Shown in pieces: positions 1-9,596 of a stretch of DNA of 32,000 nucleotides (its first letter is position 1; every line of letters starts with the position of its first letter). This DNA is from Fastidiosibacter lacustris (GTDB lineage Bacteria; Pseudomonadota; Gammaproteobacteria; Francisellales; Francisellaceae): NCBI RefSeq assembly GCF_003428155.1, contig NZ_QLIR01000007.1, positions 1 to 32,000 on the forward strand. The letters run 5' to 3'. Made by a program: the position numbers and the translations under genes. The notes below the pieces were generated by a model. The model had not been told where the DNA came from and made no database searches. It saw only the letters and a list, made by a program, of their open reading frames with translations.

Positions 1-1
1 A

Positions 2-73
2 ACACCAATAGCAACTTTTACTGATGGGAAAACGCACTGGCAAGAGAAGGTTGAATTGCTCAACCATATCTGA
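2..73 (+). CDS. Possible C-terminal tail of a CDS entering from the left edge (...TPIATFTDGKTHWQEKVELLNHI*)
   Basis: Open frame from base 2 to TGA at 71-73; too short to assign a family. Confidence 0.25.
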   Translation, partial: TPIATFTDGKTHWQEKVELLNHI

Positions 74-172
74 CAAAAATCGCGTTTGAAAAATAGGCAA
101 CTGTCAGGTCAAGTCTAAACTTATACAACTTAGCAGAAGCATATTTTTTACAATTTTTTTAGTTTACGGCAT

Positions 173-751
173 TTATTGCTCAAATGTACATGTTGGAGCA
201 TTACTCGTTTGTAATATAAACGTTGCAAATCGCTCACCATACAATTCTGCAGTGCGAAGATCTCCAGAGTTTTCTATTCTGCACTGTTCAGACTGTGCCA
301 TTGCCCCTATATTAGAGCCAAACCTATTAATACAATCAACATCACCCCGATCGTATTGCGGTTCTGAAGATTGGTTATTAATTCCCAAGGAAATCCAATT
401 CATTTTATGCTGGCAGGCAAAAATAAATAAGGTCATTAATGTATTAAGCTTATCGCCATTAGTGCTATTTGAGCTAGTAAAACCACCGGCGAATTTATCT
501 TTCCAAGCACTTACCGCCCAACGAGATGAACTTTTGTCCATAAACTGTTTGAAGCCACCAGAAACAGTTCCCATATAAGTGGGTGAGCCAAATAAAATGC
601 CATCATATTGATCCAATACTTCAACATTTGTATTTGCATCAGCAAACACCATATCCACATCCTTAATATGTTTTAATACGCCTTTTTTAACAGCTTCTGC
701 CATTGCTTTGGTTGTGCCATATGAACTGCTGTATACGATTGCGATTTTCAT
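173..751 (-). CDS. Flavodoxin-family / WrbA-like NAD(P)H-dependent FMN/quinone reductase
   Basis: N-terminal MKIAIVYSSSYGTTKAMAEAV (flavodoxin FMN phosphate loop) and YDGILFGSPTYMGTVSGGFKQFMD. Confidence 0.8.
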   Translation of the reverse strand: MKIAIVYSSSYGTTKAMAEAVKKGVLKHIKDVDMVFADANTNVEVLDQYDGILFGSPTYMGTVSGGFKQFMDKSSSRWAVSAWKDKFAGGFTSSNSTNGDKLNTLMTLFIFACQHKMNWISLGINNQSSEPQYDRGDVDCINRFGSNIGAMAQSEQCRIENSGDLRTAELYGERFATFILQTSNAPTCTFEQ

Positions 752-845
752 TTATTTCTCCCTTGGTTATTGATTAAAGCAAATCATCAATTCTTTATGT
801 AATTTTAAATTTGTCATATAGATGGTCGTCAAATATAGCATAATA

Positions 846-2069
846 TTATGTATGCGCTTGCTCACTCTTTGTTTTACATACAGAACTAATAAATTGTTCT
901 ATCCAGATAATTGGAATAATTATTAATGGAGCTGCACTGCATACTAACCATAGCGTATAAATATTGCTTATTGCTATGATCCAAGATCCAATACTGGCAT
1001 AACACAGAAGAACCGCACTGATGGTCATCTGGTACCATATCATATATTCTGCTTGTCTTTGCATGGGTTTACTTAATTTTGCAACATCCGAAAGTAAAAT
1101 AGGCCAAAAAAGAATATCACCTAAACAAATCAAGCCATAGGCTAACCATAGAAACGTTATATGAGATAATCCACTGTAAAGCAGTAAAAAGCCACTACTA
1201 AAAACAATGACTCCAAGTATTAAAGAAACATGATTTCGATACTTGTTTAGTGCGTTCACTAAATAAACCTCTAAACCCAAAATAAATACAAAATCACTTG
1301 CAAGAATCAAGCCAAACTGTGATTTAGATAATCCTAAATACTCAACGTAATATATAGGAATAAATGCGACTGTTTGAAAAAATGCAAACGAGAAAATAGC
1401 AAGTTTTAATAAAATCAATAAAAAAGATTTGTTTAATAATGGATGTTTTTCTTGTGCTAAGCTCGTTTTTTCATCAGCACCCTGTGAGTTTGAAATGTAA
1501 TCCCGTTTTATAAGTAAAAATATACTGACCAATATACTGATTGAAGCAAAGAAAATTGCCATTAAGAGATAGGATATATCAGCCATTAACCCGCCGATTA
1601 AAATACCAATGGTTCCCCCTGTACTAATGCATACTCGGTACAATGCGTAAGCATTTTTTCTGATTAATTCATCCTCTATTTTTGCTAACCGGTATTGAAA
1701 TCCCGGTCTATAGAAGGCTCCAAAAACACCAATGAAAAAGAAATAGCACAGTAAAATTTGCGTGTGGTGAGACAAAAATATTGTGCCAAAATTTAGGATT
1801 GAAAGACCTGCAAATGAAATGGTGACTACCACCGTTGGCTGAAATAATTTAAGCAATTTACCAGTGAGTTTTGTACCTATAATTGATCCAGCTCCAGATG
1901 CACTTAAAGCATAACCAATATCAATAATGTTAACTTTGACATATTGCTGCAGAAATAATGAATAAAATGAACTATATGCAGTACCAATGTAAGCAAATCC
2001 AAAAACGAAGATTAATATTAATATATCTTTTGGGATTAGTTTGAACGCTTTTTGATAGGATTTAATCAT
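846..2069 (-). CDS. MFS transporter, candidate exporter of the adjacent toxoflavin-like cluster
   Basis: About 12 hydrophobic segments; overlaps the end of the upstream propeller gene by 8 nt (ATGATTAA), suggesting translational coupling. Confidence 0.8.
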   Translation of the reverse strand: MIKSYQKAFKLIPKDILILIFVFGFAYIGTAYSSFYSLFLQQYVKVNIIDIGYALSASGAGSIIGTKLTGKLLKLFQPTVVVTISFAGLSILNFGTIFLSHHTQILLCYFFFIGVFGAFYRPGFQYRLAKIEDELIRKNAYALYRVCISTGGTIGILIGGLMADISYLLMAIFFASISILVSIFLLIKRDYISNSQGADEKTSLAQEKHPLLNKSFLLILLKLAIFSFAFFQTVAFIPIYYVEYLGLSKSQFGLILASDFVFILGLEVYLVNALNKYRNHVSLILGVIVFSSGFLLLYSGLSHITFLWLAYGLICLGDILFWPILLSDVAKLSKPMQRQAEYMIWYQMTISAVLLCYASIGSWIIAISNIYTLWLVCSAAPLIIIPIIWIEQFISSVCKTKSEQAHT

Positions 2070-3867
2070 GCAGTACCTCTATATGTCTAGGAACTAGTTG
2101 TTCATCATGTATTTGCATGATTTTTAACTGCTTATAACGCCCATATACTAGAAATGTATAACCATCTTCAGATAAGTGAAGCAATCCTTTTGAATAGTCT
2201 AAATTATCATAACATTCATCCAAAACTGTCCCATTTTGATAATCGATTAAAAAAATCCTTTTGGCATAGGTTATGGCAATTAAGTACTTTGAGTCTTGAG
2301 TAATCAAATAATCTTCGACTGTGTTCTTCCCAATCTCGAATTCATCTTGATTATGATGCCATTCGCCATTTATATATTGAATCCTATCTATTGAAGAGCT
2401 TCTAGTAACAAGTAGGTCATGACCATGCCATTTCATTCTCTTTGGAAGATAAGATGAAGTTTTGGCCACTTCAATTAAATTGTTGTTGTGATTTAATGTG
2501 AAAACATATAAATTTCCTACTCGCTCAGCAACCGCGATAAAACTATATGTATGGCTATAAGCTAAACTCCATAAAGGCGCATTGAGTATAAACTTGGATA
2601 TAATACTTCTTTTCTTTAGACAGACAACAAAGAGGGTGTAATTTTCACAGGCTACAAATAGTTGATCGTGACCAACACAAATATCTCTTACCACACTACC
2701 AATTCCAACAGTTTTAATTAATCTAAGTTTGCATTGATCAAAAATATAAATAACCCCATCAGTCGAACCACAAATTAAGTCATTTTTATAGGAGACTACT
2801 CTCTTATAATAACTAGTTCCTTTAACACATACTTCAGCATGATTGAAAATTAGTTGATTGACCTTAAAGTTAAACTTTAAAACTCGATTACAATCGCCAC
2901 CTAAATATATTGAATGATTATTCAAATTAACACATGAGCTCCAAATACAAAAATCGCCACCACTTTTTAATGTTTGTTTCTTCCCAGTCTCAATGTTAAT
3001 TTTATACAAAGACCCATCTCTAACTTGTGCTAATACATTTTGATCATTTATATGGCGTATCCATCGAATTTTAAAAGGCAAATGTGCAAGCACAGATTTT
3101 ACTGCAAGTGTATTCAAATCAATATTGTAAAGTTTTTTATCAAAGCTTGAAGCAATAAGCTGTTTTGTTTGCTTATTATATGTAACGTGTTCTAGATCAT
3201 CATGTGAGACTTCTTCACTATATTCATAGTTTATTGGATTGTTTAAATGAAATTTAAAAAGCCTTCTTGCATCGCTAGCAGCTACAAATTGATCATTTTC
3301 AATATGCTCAAACCAATGAATAGTTTCATTACTTTCTGTAAATTTCACCGAAGTGAACAGTTGATTTGATTCTAAATTATAGATGTAAATTTCTCCACGA
3401 TTTGTGCCTGCAAGTAAAAATTTTTTGTATACTCTCAAAGTGACAATTGCGTGATGAACCTCTTCCCCAAAAACTGCTATCACTTCGCCAATCATAGTTA
3501 CTCGTACAATAAAGTTGCGTGGTGTTACAAAAAATACTTCCTCCGAATTAGAATTAAAACAAATTCCTTGCCCTTCATTATGAACAATAGGACGAGTAAA
3601 TTTTTCTGGAGTTAGATCTCTATAAAATATCCTTGCTATTGGTTTTATATCATTTTCACAAGATAAAATATAAACAAAAAAATCTTTCCCTAGAGTGGCA
3701 ATATATGGTTTGTTACAATGACTAGCTATTGCTTGGATAGTACCATTATGGAGCTTATAGTCTTTAATTAACGACATATCATCAACATTCAAATGAATAA
3801 TATTACCTTCTTTGTCTCCCGCATAACAACTTGACCCTATAACAGCAAAAGAATTTATGTGATACAT
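2062..3867 (-). CDS. WD40-like beta-propeller protein (divergent, ToxC-like second copy)
   Basis: Repeated beta-propeller-like segments (GDKEGNIIHLN, GTNRGEIYIYNLES, SFDKKLYNIDL, GSTDGVIYIFDQ, RVGNLYVFTL). Confidence 0.7.
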   Translation of the reverse strand: MYHINSFAVIGSSCYAGDKEGNIIHLNVDDMSLIKDYKLHNGTIQAIASHCNKPYIATLGKDFFVYILSCENDIKPIARIFYRDLTPEKFTRPIVHNEGQGICFNSNSEEVFFVTPRNFIVRVTMIGEVIAVFGEEVHHAIVTLRVYKKFLLAGTNRGEIYIYNLESNQLFTSVKFTESNETIHWFEHIENDQFVAASDARRLFKFHLNNPINYEYSEEVSHDDLEHVTYNKQTKQLIASSFDKKLYNIDLNTLAVKSVLAHLPFKIRWIRHINDQNVLAQVRDGSLYKINIETGKKQTLKSGGDFCIWSSCVNLNNHSIYLGGDCNRVLKFNFKVNQLIFNHAEVCVKGTSYYKRVVSYKNDLICGSTDGVIYIFDQCKLRLIKTVGIGSVVRDICVGHDQLFVACENYTLFVVCLKKRSIISKFILNAPLWSLAYSHTYSFIAVAERVGNLYVFTLNHNNNLIEVAKTSSYLPKRMKWHGHDLLVTRSSSIDRIQYINGEWHHNQDEFEIGKNTVEDYLITQDSKYLIAITYAKRIFLIDYQNGTVLDECYDNLDYSKGLLHLSEDGYTFLVYGRYKQLKIMQIHDEQLVPRHIEVLHD

Positions 3868-4095
3868 ATGTGAGCACTACCTTTTAATTAATGTGAGTTT
3901 ATTTTTTTTAAAAAATATAAAGAAATAAAAAGTTATTTGGATGATCTCTTGACTTAAACGTTGTATTTGGCATGTTTTCCCCCTTCCTATTTGCTAGAAT
4001 TATTACTAGGTAATACTGAAACAGCTTTATTTTGATTAATAATCATAATTTTTTCCTCTATGTTGTTTGTTATAATAGTGCTCACACATATATCA

Positions 4096-5070
4096 CTAAA
4101 TTTCTACTAATCTAAACCCCATGACATAAATATCCTTAGAAAACCGCCCATGCCTTCTTGTTGTTCGGGCTAAATCATGATGTCTAGTAAAAGACCCGCC
4201 TCGTGCAATACGATATTCATCGATATCACCCAAATCATCAATTACCGCTTTTCCATTAGGGTATGGACGATAATAATCTTGTACATATTCTTCGACATTC
4301 CCAGACATATCTGAAACCCCAAATGGTGAATTTCCCTTGGGGAAAATACCCACGGGGGTACTGGAATAAAGCCCTGTCTCCAGTGTGTTGCATAGATTGG
4401 GCTTATATTCATTTCCCCAAGGATATTCATAATGAGCTGGACCTGAAGCAGCATACTCCCATTCATATTCGGTTGGTAACCTGAAAAATCTTCCCGTTTT
4501 TTTGGACAACCATTGAGTATATGAAATTGCGGCGTCATCAGAGATACTATAAACAGGGTGATTTGATTTCAAATACGGGTAAATGCCAAATTCCCAACTA
4601 CTAGGGAGCTCACAATATTTTGTATCTAATAAAAAGTCGTAATAATTCTCATTAGTTACCAGGTATTTAGATACTTTAAATGCTTTAACCATAACAGTAA
4701 ACTTAGGAACTTCCTTTAGTATCCATTCTTTCTTCACCCCCAATTGATTAAATCTGTCAAAAACTTCATAAGCCTTATTGATATTGATACCAATTTCAAC
4801 CTCTCCTGCGGGAATTTCAATCATTTTTGGGGTAATGGTTGAAGTTCTTGGATCCCCCATCAAACCTAAGAGAATACCTGCAGCATAGCGATATTCAAAA
4901 AGCTCATGGGACTCAGCTGTTAAGACAAGTTCATGCTTATTGCATTTTTTAATATGCAGCAACGCATTAGATAGATTAGGGACTCTCGTATCAACACTAT
5001 GCATTGACAGACCCATTGCTTCGCGATCATCCATTTGATTGATTATCTTTTTTATATCAGAAACAAGCAT
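4096..5070 (-). CDS. Formylglycine-generating-enzyme/SUMF1-fold protein, ToxD-like, lacking FGE catalytic cysteines
   Basis: FGE-sulfatase family motifs: MIEIPAGEVEIG, FRLPTEYEWEYAASG, YPWGNEY, GVSDMSGNVEEYVQDYY, RIARGGSF, GFRLVEI. Confidence 0.85.
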   Translation of the reverse strand: MLVSDIKKIINQMDDREAMGLSMHSVDTRVPNLSNALLHIKKCNKHELVLTAESHELFEYRYAAGILLGLMGDPRTSTITPKMIEIPAGEVEIGININKAYEVFDRFNQLGVKKEWILKEVPKFTVMVKAFKVSKYLVTNENYYDFLLDTKYCELPSSWEFGIYPYLKSNHPVYSISDDAAISYTQWLSKKTGRFFRLPTEYEWEYAASGPAHYEYPWGNEYKPNLCNTLETGLYSSTPVGIFPKGNSPFGVSDMSGNVEEYVQDYYRPYPNGKAVIDDLGDIDEYRIARGGSFTRHHDLARTTRRHGRFSKDIYVMGFRLVEI

Positions 5071-5071
5071 T

Positions 5072-6197
5072 TTATAGTTTCCTTATCTCAGGACGGATGG
5101 GTTTCCATACCGCTTTAATATCATTTCCAGATGGTGAGGTGTGATCTAATGAAAAGTGTAGACAATTTTGTAATGTTCTTATTTGATCAAACCAAACGGA
5201 AGATTTGCTGTGATTACCTAATGGTTTTGGTGAAATATAGGTTATATATTCATCAACAAGATCTTCTTTGAAGAAACCACCGGCTAAATCAGCCCCACAC
5301 TCCACTAAAAGATAATTAATATTTCTCTTTGATAAATCCTCTACAATAAACGTCAGGTTTATTTTTCCATTTATTGACGGTGCTTTGACAATCAATAAAT
5401 TTTGTAGTTTAAGAAGATATTTAGGAATCTCATTTTCTTTCTTTAAAGTATAAACAATTATTTTTGCTTGAAACTTAATAATATTATCCACTTCTGAAAT
5501 GAACAAAGATGAATCCAAAATAACACAAACAGGTTGTTTTATTTCATGTAATCCTATATCTATACTCTTTGGCAACTCTCTAACAGTTAATTTACAGTCA
5601 TCCTGTTTTATTGTTTTTATGCTGGTAAGAACAGCATCTGACATTGCACGTATATGGTGAACATCCCTTCTTGAGTGATCACAACTAATCCACTTGCTAT
5701 TATTTGTACAATCAGCAATTTTTCCATCTAATGTAATTGCTTGTTTAAGCACTACCCAAGGACGTTTATAGTCAAACCTATGGAAATAACCTTTGTTTAA
5801 TTCTATATATTTGCTCTGTAGTTCTACTGATTGCAACTGCCTAATGCTTATCCCTTCCTTTTTTAGTGAATCAATTCCTTTTCCAGCAATCAGAGGGTTT
5901 GGGTCTGGCAATAAATAGATCACATCGGTAATCTTAGACTCAATAATCTGCTCACAACATGGTGGAGTTTTGCCAAAATGACAACAAGGCTCTAAGGTAA
6001 CATACATTTTTATATTGAGTGACTCTGAAGTTATTTTAGGGGTATGTTCAAGTGCTAAAATCTCAGCATGTTTCCCACCATATGATAAATGCGCTCCTTC
6101 CGAGATAATATGTCCGTCATGGACAATAACACACCCAACCATTGGATTAGGACTTGGTATAGCGACCTTGCTTAGCAAGTTGAATTGCTCTATCCAT
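5072..6197 (-). CDS. RibD-like bifunctional pyrimidine deaminase/reductase, ToxE-like; 5' end apparently frameshifted
   Basis: Deaminase motifs SPNPMVGCVIV, HAEILALEH, TLEPCCHFGKTPPCCEQII; reductase domain KQAITLDGKIA...NNSKWIS. The track ORF begins at TTG 6178; ATG 6197 encodes the missing RibD N-terminus MDRAIQLAKQGRYT in another frame. Confidence 0.85.
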
Positions 6198-6219
6198 AAA
6201 AATACAATCTTGCTCTAGT

Positions 6220-7917
6220 TTATAACCTCTCATAAATATTTCCATTATAGCTACTAGCTAAAAAACATTTTTGATCAGCATTGTAGATCATGCATGATAT
6301 CCCTGAGGTACACGGTCTAAAATTTTGCCATAAGCCACTGTCTAAATGATATATATAAATATCACCATAATAACCACCCGTAGCAATAAATTTCTTATCA
6401 TCGCTTATAGCAATACATTTAATGGAGTGCTTGTGCGGTGTATTAATAATGCTTTGCTCAGTAAGACTAGTTAATCTTAGTGTTAAGTCTCTACTTACTG
6501 AGACAAATTTATTGTCTTGATAATAAATACATCCATTAATGATTTTATCATGGGCGTTTTCTAAGCGTTTCACACAGTTAAAGTCATGTATTGAATGAAA
6601 TGCAGCATTGCAGTTTGCACTTACTGAATAAATAAAATCCTGTGATGTAGCTATCGATTTTATTGCATTATCATGAGCTTGAATTAGTTGGTATAAATTT
6701 AATGCCGCGCCATTTATCTTAAGGATGACAATGTCGCCTGTATAGGTGCCAATGGCAACATAAGTGCATCCATTGTTTAAATATTTAATAGCACAGTTTA
6801 TAGGTGAGTGGTGTTGATAAACGCTCGTGACGCCCTCACCATTTACCTGATAAACTGTACCAGTTTGTCCCCCAACTAATAAAAATTGATCAACCTTGAT
6901 GATAAAGTTACATAAACTTGGAACATCTGAAAGTGAATATTTATATTTTTTTCCATTAACACTCCTGCAGATTACAGCTCCCGCATCACCAACACTGAAA
7001 ATATCATCATCGCTTTTACAGATGGCATTAATACCAGAGGTAGGTATCACATTAGTTAAGTCCCAGCTACCTGATTCGATATTTAACTTGGCGTAACTTG
7101 ATCCAAATGTTGATACAACTAAGCTATTTTCATTCTGAAAATCACAAGATCTAGCCCAGATTTGATATGGGTAGGGCATTTTCTTAACCAAAACGAGATC
7201 ATTATTACTTGAAACTTGCCAAATAGCTAAATACCGATCATAGCTCAAGCTAATAAGCTGACTAAATTCTTGTGAGTATAATAATCGTTTAATCCCAGCG
7301 TTATGTGCTTTAATCACTGATATCTCATCATTTTCAAATATATAGATTTCTCCTTTATCGTTGCCAGAAAAAATACATTCGGCACCTTTAACTGCAATTG
7401 TATCGGTCTCTATCCCTTTGAGATCTGTTGAGTTAAGTAGTTTTCCTGTAAATGGTGACCATCTTTTTATCGTTCCATCATCACTACTACTAATGGCAAT
7501 TTCATCGTTAAGCCAAGATACTGATAATACATCTTGTTTGTGTCCTTTAAGTATATGGATAAGATTGCCTTCAATATCACAAAAATAAATATTATGGTCC
7601 CTTGAGGTAAAAATAATGTACTTATCAGAAGGGTGAAATGCAACACCTTCTGTATCATCTTTAGCAAATGTAAATATGGCTAAACAGTGTAACTCAGGTA
7701 CCGACCAGAGCCGTACAGTATAGTCACTGCTACTTGAAAGTAATAATTGACCATTATGACTAAACACGCACTGATTAACCAGATGGTCATGTGAGACTGA
7801 GGCAATTGCATTGGATTTAGTTGAGTCCCACAAAATTAACTTATTATCATATCCTGCTGTCGCAACATAATTATCCTTGGTGGCAACACCGCTAATTGGG
7901 CTGGAATGCATAGTCAT
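6220..7917 (-). CDS. WD40-repeat beta-propeller protein, ToxC-like
   Basis: Multiple WD40 units: GYDNKLILWDS, SDYTVRLWSV, GHKQDVLSVSWLNDEIAISSSDDGTIKRWSP, SYDRYLAIWQV; overlaps the upstream RibA-like gene by 4 nt. Confidence 0.85.
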   Translation of the reverse strand: MTMHSSPISGVATKDNYVATAGYDNKLILWDSTKSNAIASVSHDHLVNQCVFSHNGQLLLSSSSDYTVRLWSVPELHCLAIFTFAKDDTEGVAFHPSDKYIIFTSRDHNIYFCDIEGNLIHILKGHKQDVLSVSWLNDEIAISSSDDGTIKRWSPFTGKLLNSTDLKGIETDTIAVKGAECIFSGNDKGEIYIFENDEISVIKAHNAGIKRLLYSQEFSQLISLSYDRYLAIWQVSSNNDLVLVKKMPYPYQIWARSCDFQNENSLVVSTFGSSYAKLNIESGSWDLTNVIPTSGINAICKSDDDIFSVGDAGAVICRSVNGKKYKYSLSDVPSLCNFIIKVDQFLLVGGQTGTVYQVNGEGVTSVYQHHSPINCAIKYLNNGCTYVAIGTYTGDIVILKINGAALNLYQLIQAHDNAIKSIATSQDFIYSVSANCNAAFHSIHDFNCVKRLENAHDKIINGCIYYQDNKFVSVSRDLTLRLTSLTEQSIINTPHKHSIKCIAISDDKKFIATGGYYGDIYIYHLDSGLWQNFRPCTSGISCMIYNADQKCFLASSYNGNIYERL

Positions 7918-8513
7918 ATAACCTCACCGAGGTTTAATTTGTGATTTGTTTTGACAACTTTAGCTTGTAAATAAGCGATATTTTCAGGTTTGAGATAGCA
8001 TCCTGTTTTGCAGATATCAACGACATTAATATTATGGTTATGCAGTTGATTAACTTTGTCTGGGTTGTTTGTGTATAATTTAATTTTGTGCATGCCTAAT
8101 GCGTTTAGCATTTCAACGGCAGCAATATAATTCCGTGAATCGTGGTCAAAATTTAACGCTTGATTAGCTTCATACGTGTCCATACCTTCAATTTGTAGCT
8201 GATATGCATGAATTTTATTGTATAGACCAATCCCTCGACCTTCTTGACGCAAATAAAATATTACTCCACTCGTTGACGAAAATAATTCTAATGCTTCATT
8301 AAACTGGTCTCCGCAGTCACATTTTTTTGAAGCAAATAGGTCTCCAGTAATACACTCGGAATGAACACGAACTTTTGGACAGACTTCAGAGTCTGCATGA
8401 TTAAAAATTAATGCAAAATCTTCGGTATTACTTGATAGATTGCTGAACGTGCAAAACTCTACATCTCCATAGCGCGTTGGAATGGTTACTCTTTGAATGA
8501 TTTTCTTATCCAC
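7914..8513 (-). CDS. GTP cyclohydrolase II, ToxB-like paralog
   Basis: Zinc motif CITGDLFASKKCDCG, YLRQEGRGIGLYNKIHAYQLQ, DTYEANQALNF, LYTNNPDKV. GTG start at 8513 with upstream GGAGG. Confidence 0.9.
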   Translation of the reverse strand: MDKKIIQRVTIPTRYGDVEFCTFSNLSSNTEDFALIFNHADSEVCPKVRVHSECITGDLFASKKCDCGDQFNEALELFSSTSGVIFYLRQEGRGIGLYNKIHAYQLQIEGMDTYEANQALNFDHDSRNYIAAVEMLNALGMHKIKLYTNNPDKVNQLHNHNINVVDICKTGCYLKPENIAYLQAKVVKTNHKLNLGEVI

Positions 8514-8737
8514 TTACTCCCTCCTTCTTAAGCACGATTAACTTTTTGCGCTGTGCTTATGAAAGATTGTAATATGTATCTAAATGTAAATATATCCCTA
8601 AAAAGTAGTGATCTTATTCAAATAATTTTGATTATACATATTTAACTAACTCAAATTTATGACAGAACTCATCGGCTGAATTAATAAGTTGCTTGGCAGT
8701 TACCTGCAGCTGTTATTAGCTTAAGAATGCATGTCGT

Positions 8738-9595
8738 TTAATGCTTAAATTTAGCTGCAAAGGATTTTGAATGCTGGAGTTGATAACTAACCATATGGCT
8801 AAAGCAATCTTCAACCATTGCTGAAGTACAGTGATAGTTTAATCCTGCTCTTATCTGTTTTATATGGGTCTTGACTGTTTCAATGCTAATATTCATAGTG
8901 TCAGCAATCATTTTCATCGTAAATCCAGATAAAACTAAATAAAGCACATCCAATTGTCTTACTGATAGCATCTCAACTATCCTTTTATAAAATCTTTTCG
9001 CTGACGCAGGCAATTGAATGTTGTACTCACTCACTAAATAATGAGATTTCCCACGCAAGCTTTGGTTTGTAAAATCACCATTTTTTATTATTTCTATGTC
9101 ACTATGACAGCAATATAAACGATTCCTTTCAGTGTACTTTTGTATATTGATGCCAGACCCCATGAAGTAATCAATAAATTTTAATATCCTTTGTTGATTT
9201 TTGATATATTCAAAAAGAATAGAACGTTGTGAGTTTTTTTGTCCAAGATTAAAATAAGTTGATGCGTCATCACTGTGCTTTACAAAGGTAACCCCATGCA
9301 TTAAATTTATTGCATTTTTAGAGTCTACTAAAATGGGATCCGATGGATCTAAACTATCCCAAAGCAGATATGATAGAGTTTCAGGTAAAGTATTATTTTC
9401 AAAGAAGCCTACGAGGGGATATTTTTTGGACATATATAGGCGAAGCCATTGTTCGTTGTTGCAAACATAAGAGAGTGTACCATTTCGATATTTGGTAATA
9501 ATATTTACATGATCAATGAGACTATCGCTAAAGTATTGTTGGGTTAAAAGGTTTAACTCAGCGCATATCTCGCCTGAAATAATTTTATCATCCAT
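8738..9595 (-). CDS. LuxR-family transcriptional regulator (C-terminal HTH), possible ToxJ-like pathway regulator
   Basis: C-terminal LSVRQLDVLYLVLSGFTMKMIADTMNISIETVKTHIKQIRAGLN is a classical LuxR HTH. Confidence 0.85.
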   Translation of the reverse strand: MDDKIISGEICAELNLLTQQYFSDSLIDHVNIITKYRNGTLSYVCNNEQWLRLYMSKKYPLVGFFENNTLPETLSYLLWDSLDPSDPILVDSKNAINLMHGVTFVKHSDDASTYFNLGQKNSQRSILFEYIKNQQRILKFIDYFMGSGINIQKYTERNRLYCCHSDIEIIKNGDFTNQSLRGKSHYLVSEYNIQLPASAKRFYKRIVEMLSVRQLDVLYLVLSGFTMKMIADTMNISIETVKTHIKQIRAGLNYHCTSAMVEDCFSHMVSYQLQHSKSFAAKFKH

Positions 9596-9596
9596 T

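Noticed and set aside
6896-7588. Plus-strand short ORFs within the WD40 gene (6896-7096, 7361-7588) and the nested minus-strand ORF 7467-7667
   Set aside because: They lie inside a strongly supported coding region in the wrong frame or strand, with low-complexity translations and no family motifs.
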